Source: Podarcis filfolensis
Taxonomy: Eukaryota
Length of the DNA: 64,000 nt
NCBI GenBank assembly: GCA_964270895.1
Contig: OZ185447.1
Strand: one strand, 5' to 3'
The notes beneath the pieces were generated by a model. That model had not been told where the DNA came from, searched no databases, and saw nothing but the letters and a program-made list of their open reading frames with translations. Both the position numbers and the translations under genes were made by a program. Below, one piece after another: positions 63,280 to 64,000 of this stretch. Within the stretch, counting starts at the first letter, position 1, and the number at the start of each line of letters is the position of its first letter.

Positions 63280-64000
63280 TGAACTAGAGATGTGTGGGCA
63301 AATATTTTTTGCAATCTTGCCAGAAAGTTACTTTTTTACACTTATGCACAAGTGCTGAATTTTGCATAGGGGTTTCTGTCTGGTTAGTTTGCATCTAAGT
63401 TTGTGTATTTGTTTGGGCCCAAGTCAGGACATGGTGGGCAAACTAGTTTGCTGTTTCCCGTCACTGCTCCACTGCATGTTCAGATAGCTAACTGGCTTGC
63501 TATTATTATTGCCTGGGTGCTGAGCTGTTGTGGATCCTCCTTCATTCTGAGCCTTCTGGCTGTAAAAATACTTGCACATCCTCCCCCCCCCACCCCCACT
63601 CTGGGTGGATTAATGATAACATTTGGAAAGACCCTCGACATATTCCGAACACTTCTTTGCTATTACAAATTATGCCAATCTCACTCTTAAAAGAATAATT
63701 GATAATCACGGTGTTCCTCATATGCTCCTGTGAGTAGAAAGAAACTCAGTCCTCAAATCACGATAGAATCTGCTGGTTCTGGCTTATGTACCAGCCTTTT
63801 CTAGATACCGCCCCCCAATTCAGTTGCAACCCTTTGAAAAGCTCCAGGCTTTAAGGAGGTGGAAAGACATAGCCTCATTAAAATTAGATGGCCCAACCTC
63901 GCCCCAGGTCAAAAATACTTAAATCTTGCCAAGTTTCCTTCTGATAATAAGGACCCAATTGTTTTTGCAAAGCGGTGGGGAGAGGGTGCAGTTTTCAGCA

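Overview
Vertebrate nuclear DNA. The repeat content (Sauria-type SINEs, Bov-B, CR1/L2, tRNA-headed SINEs) points to a squamate, probably a lacertid lizard (inference). Three genes lie on the + strand in the same order as human 19q13.42 (TMEM86B-PTPRH-SYT5). (1) The last coding exon of TMEM86B (2-250). (2) A complete 19-exon R3-type receptor tyrosine phosphatase, the PTPRH orthologue (3430-30854). I assembled it by hand from GT-AG boundaries with consistent phases: 2751 nt, 916 aa. It has a signal peptide, a Thr-rich exon, a 7-Cys exon, five FN3 exons, a TM helix and one intact PTP domain. (3) The first seven coding exons of SYT5 (56992-63216); the final exon lies beyond the window. The 26 kb between PTPRH and the SYT5 ATG holds several CpG-rich patches and two good REST/RE1 motifs, each beside a candidate non-coding first exon. 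Introns and intergenic DNA are dense with SINEs, LINE fragments, MITEs and solo LTRs, several nested. No rRNA, genuine tRNA gene or CRISPR array was found. The most interesting points are the non-mammalian, CD45-like PTPRH ectodomain with a Glu in the TM helix, an SYT1/2-like luminal N-terminus and a GC-AG intron in SYT5, SINE heads with an Ile-GAT anticodon (a possible fossil of I34 editing), and Penelope-type hammerhead remnants. All coordinates and alignments were read by eye; no searches were run.
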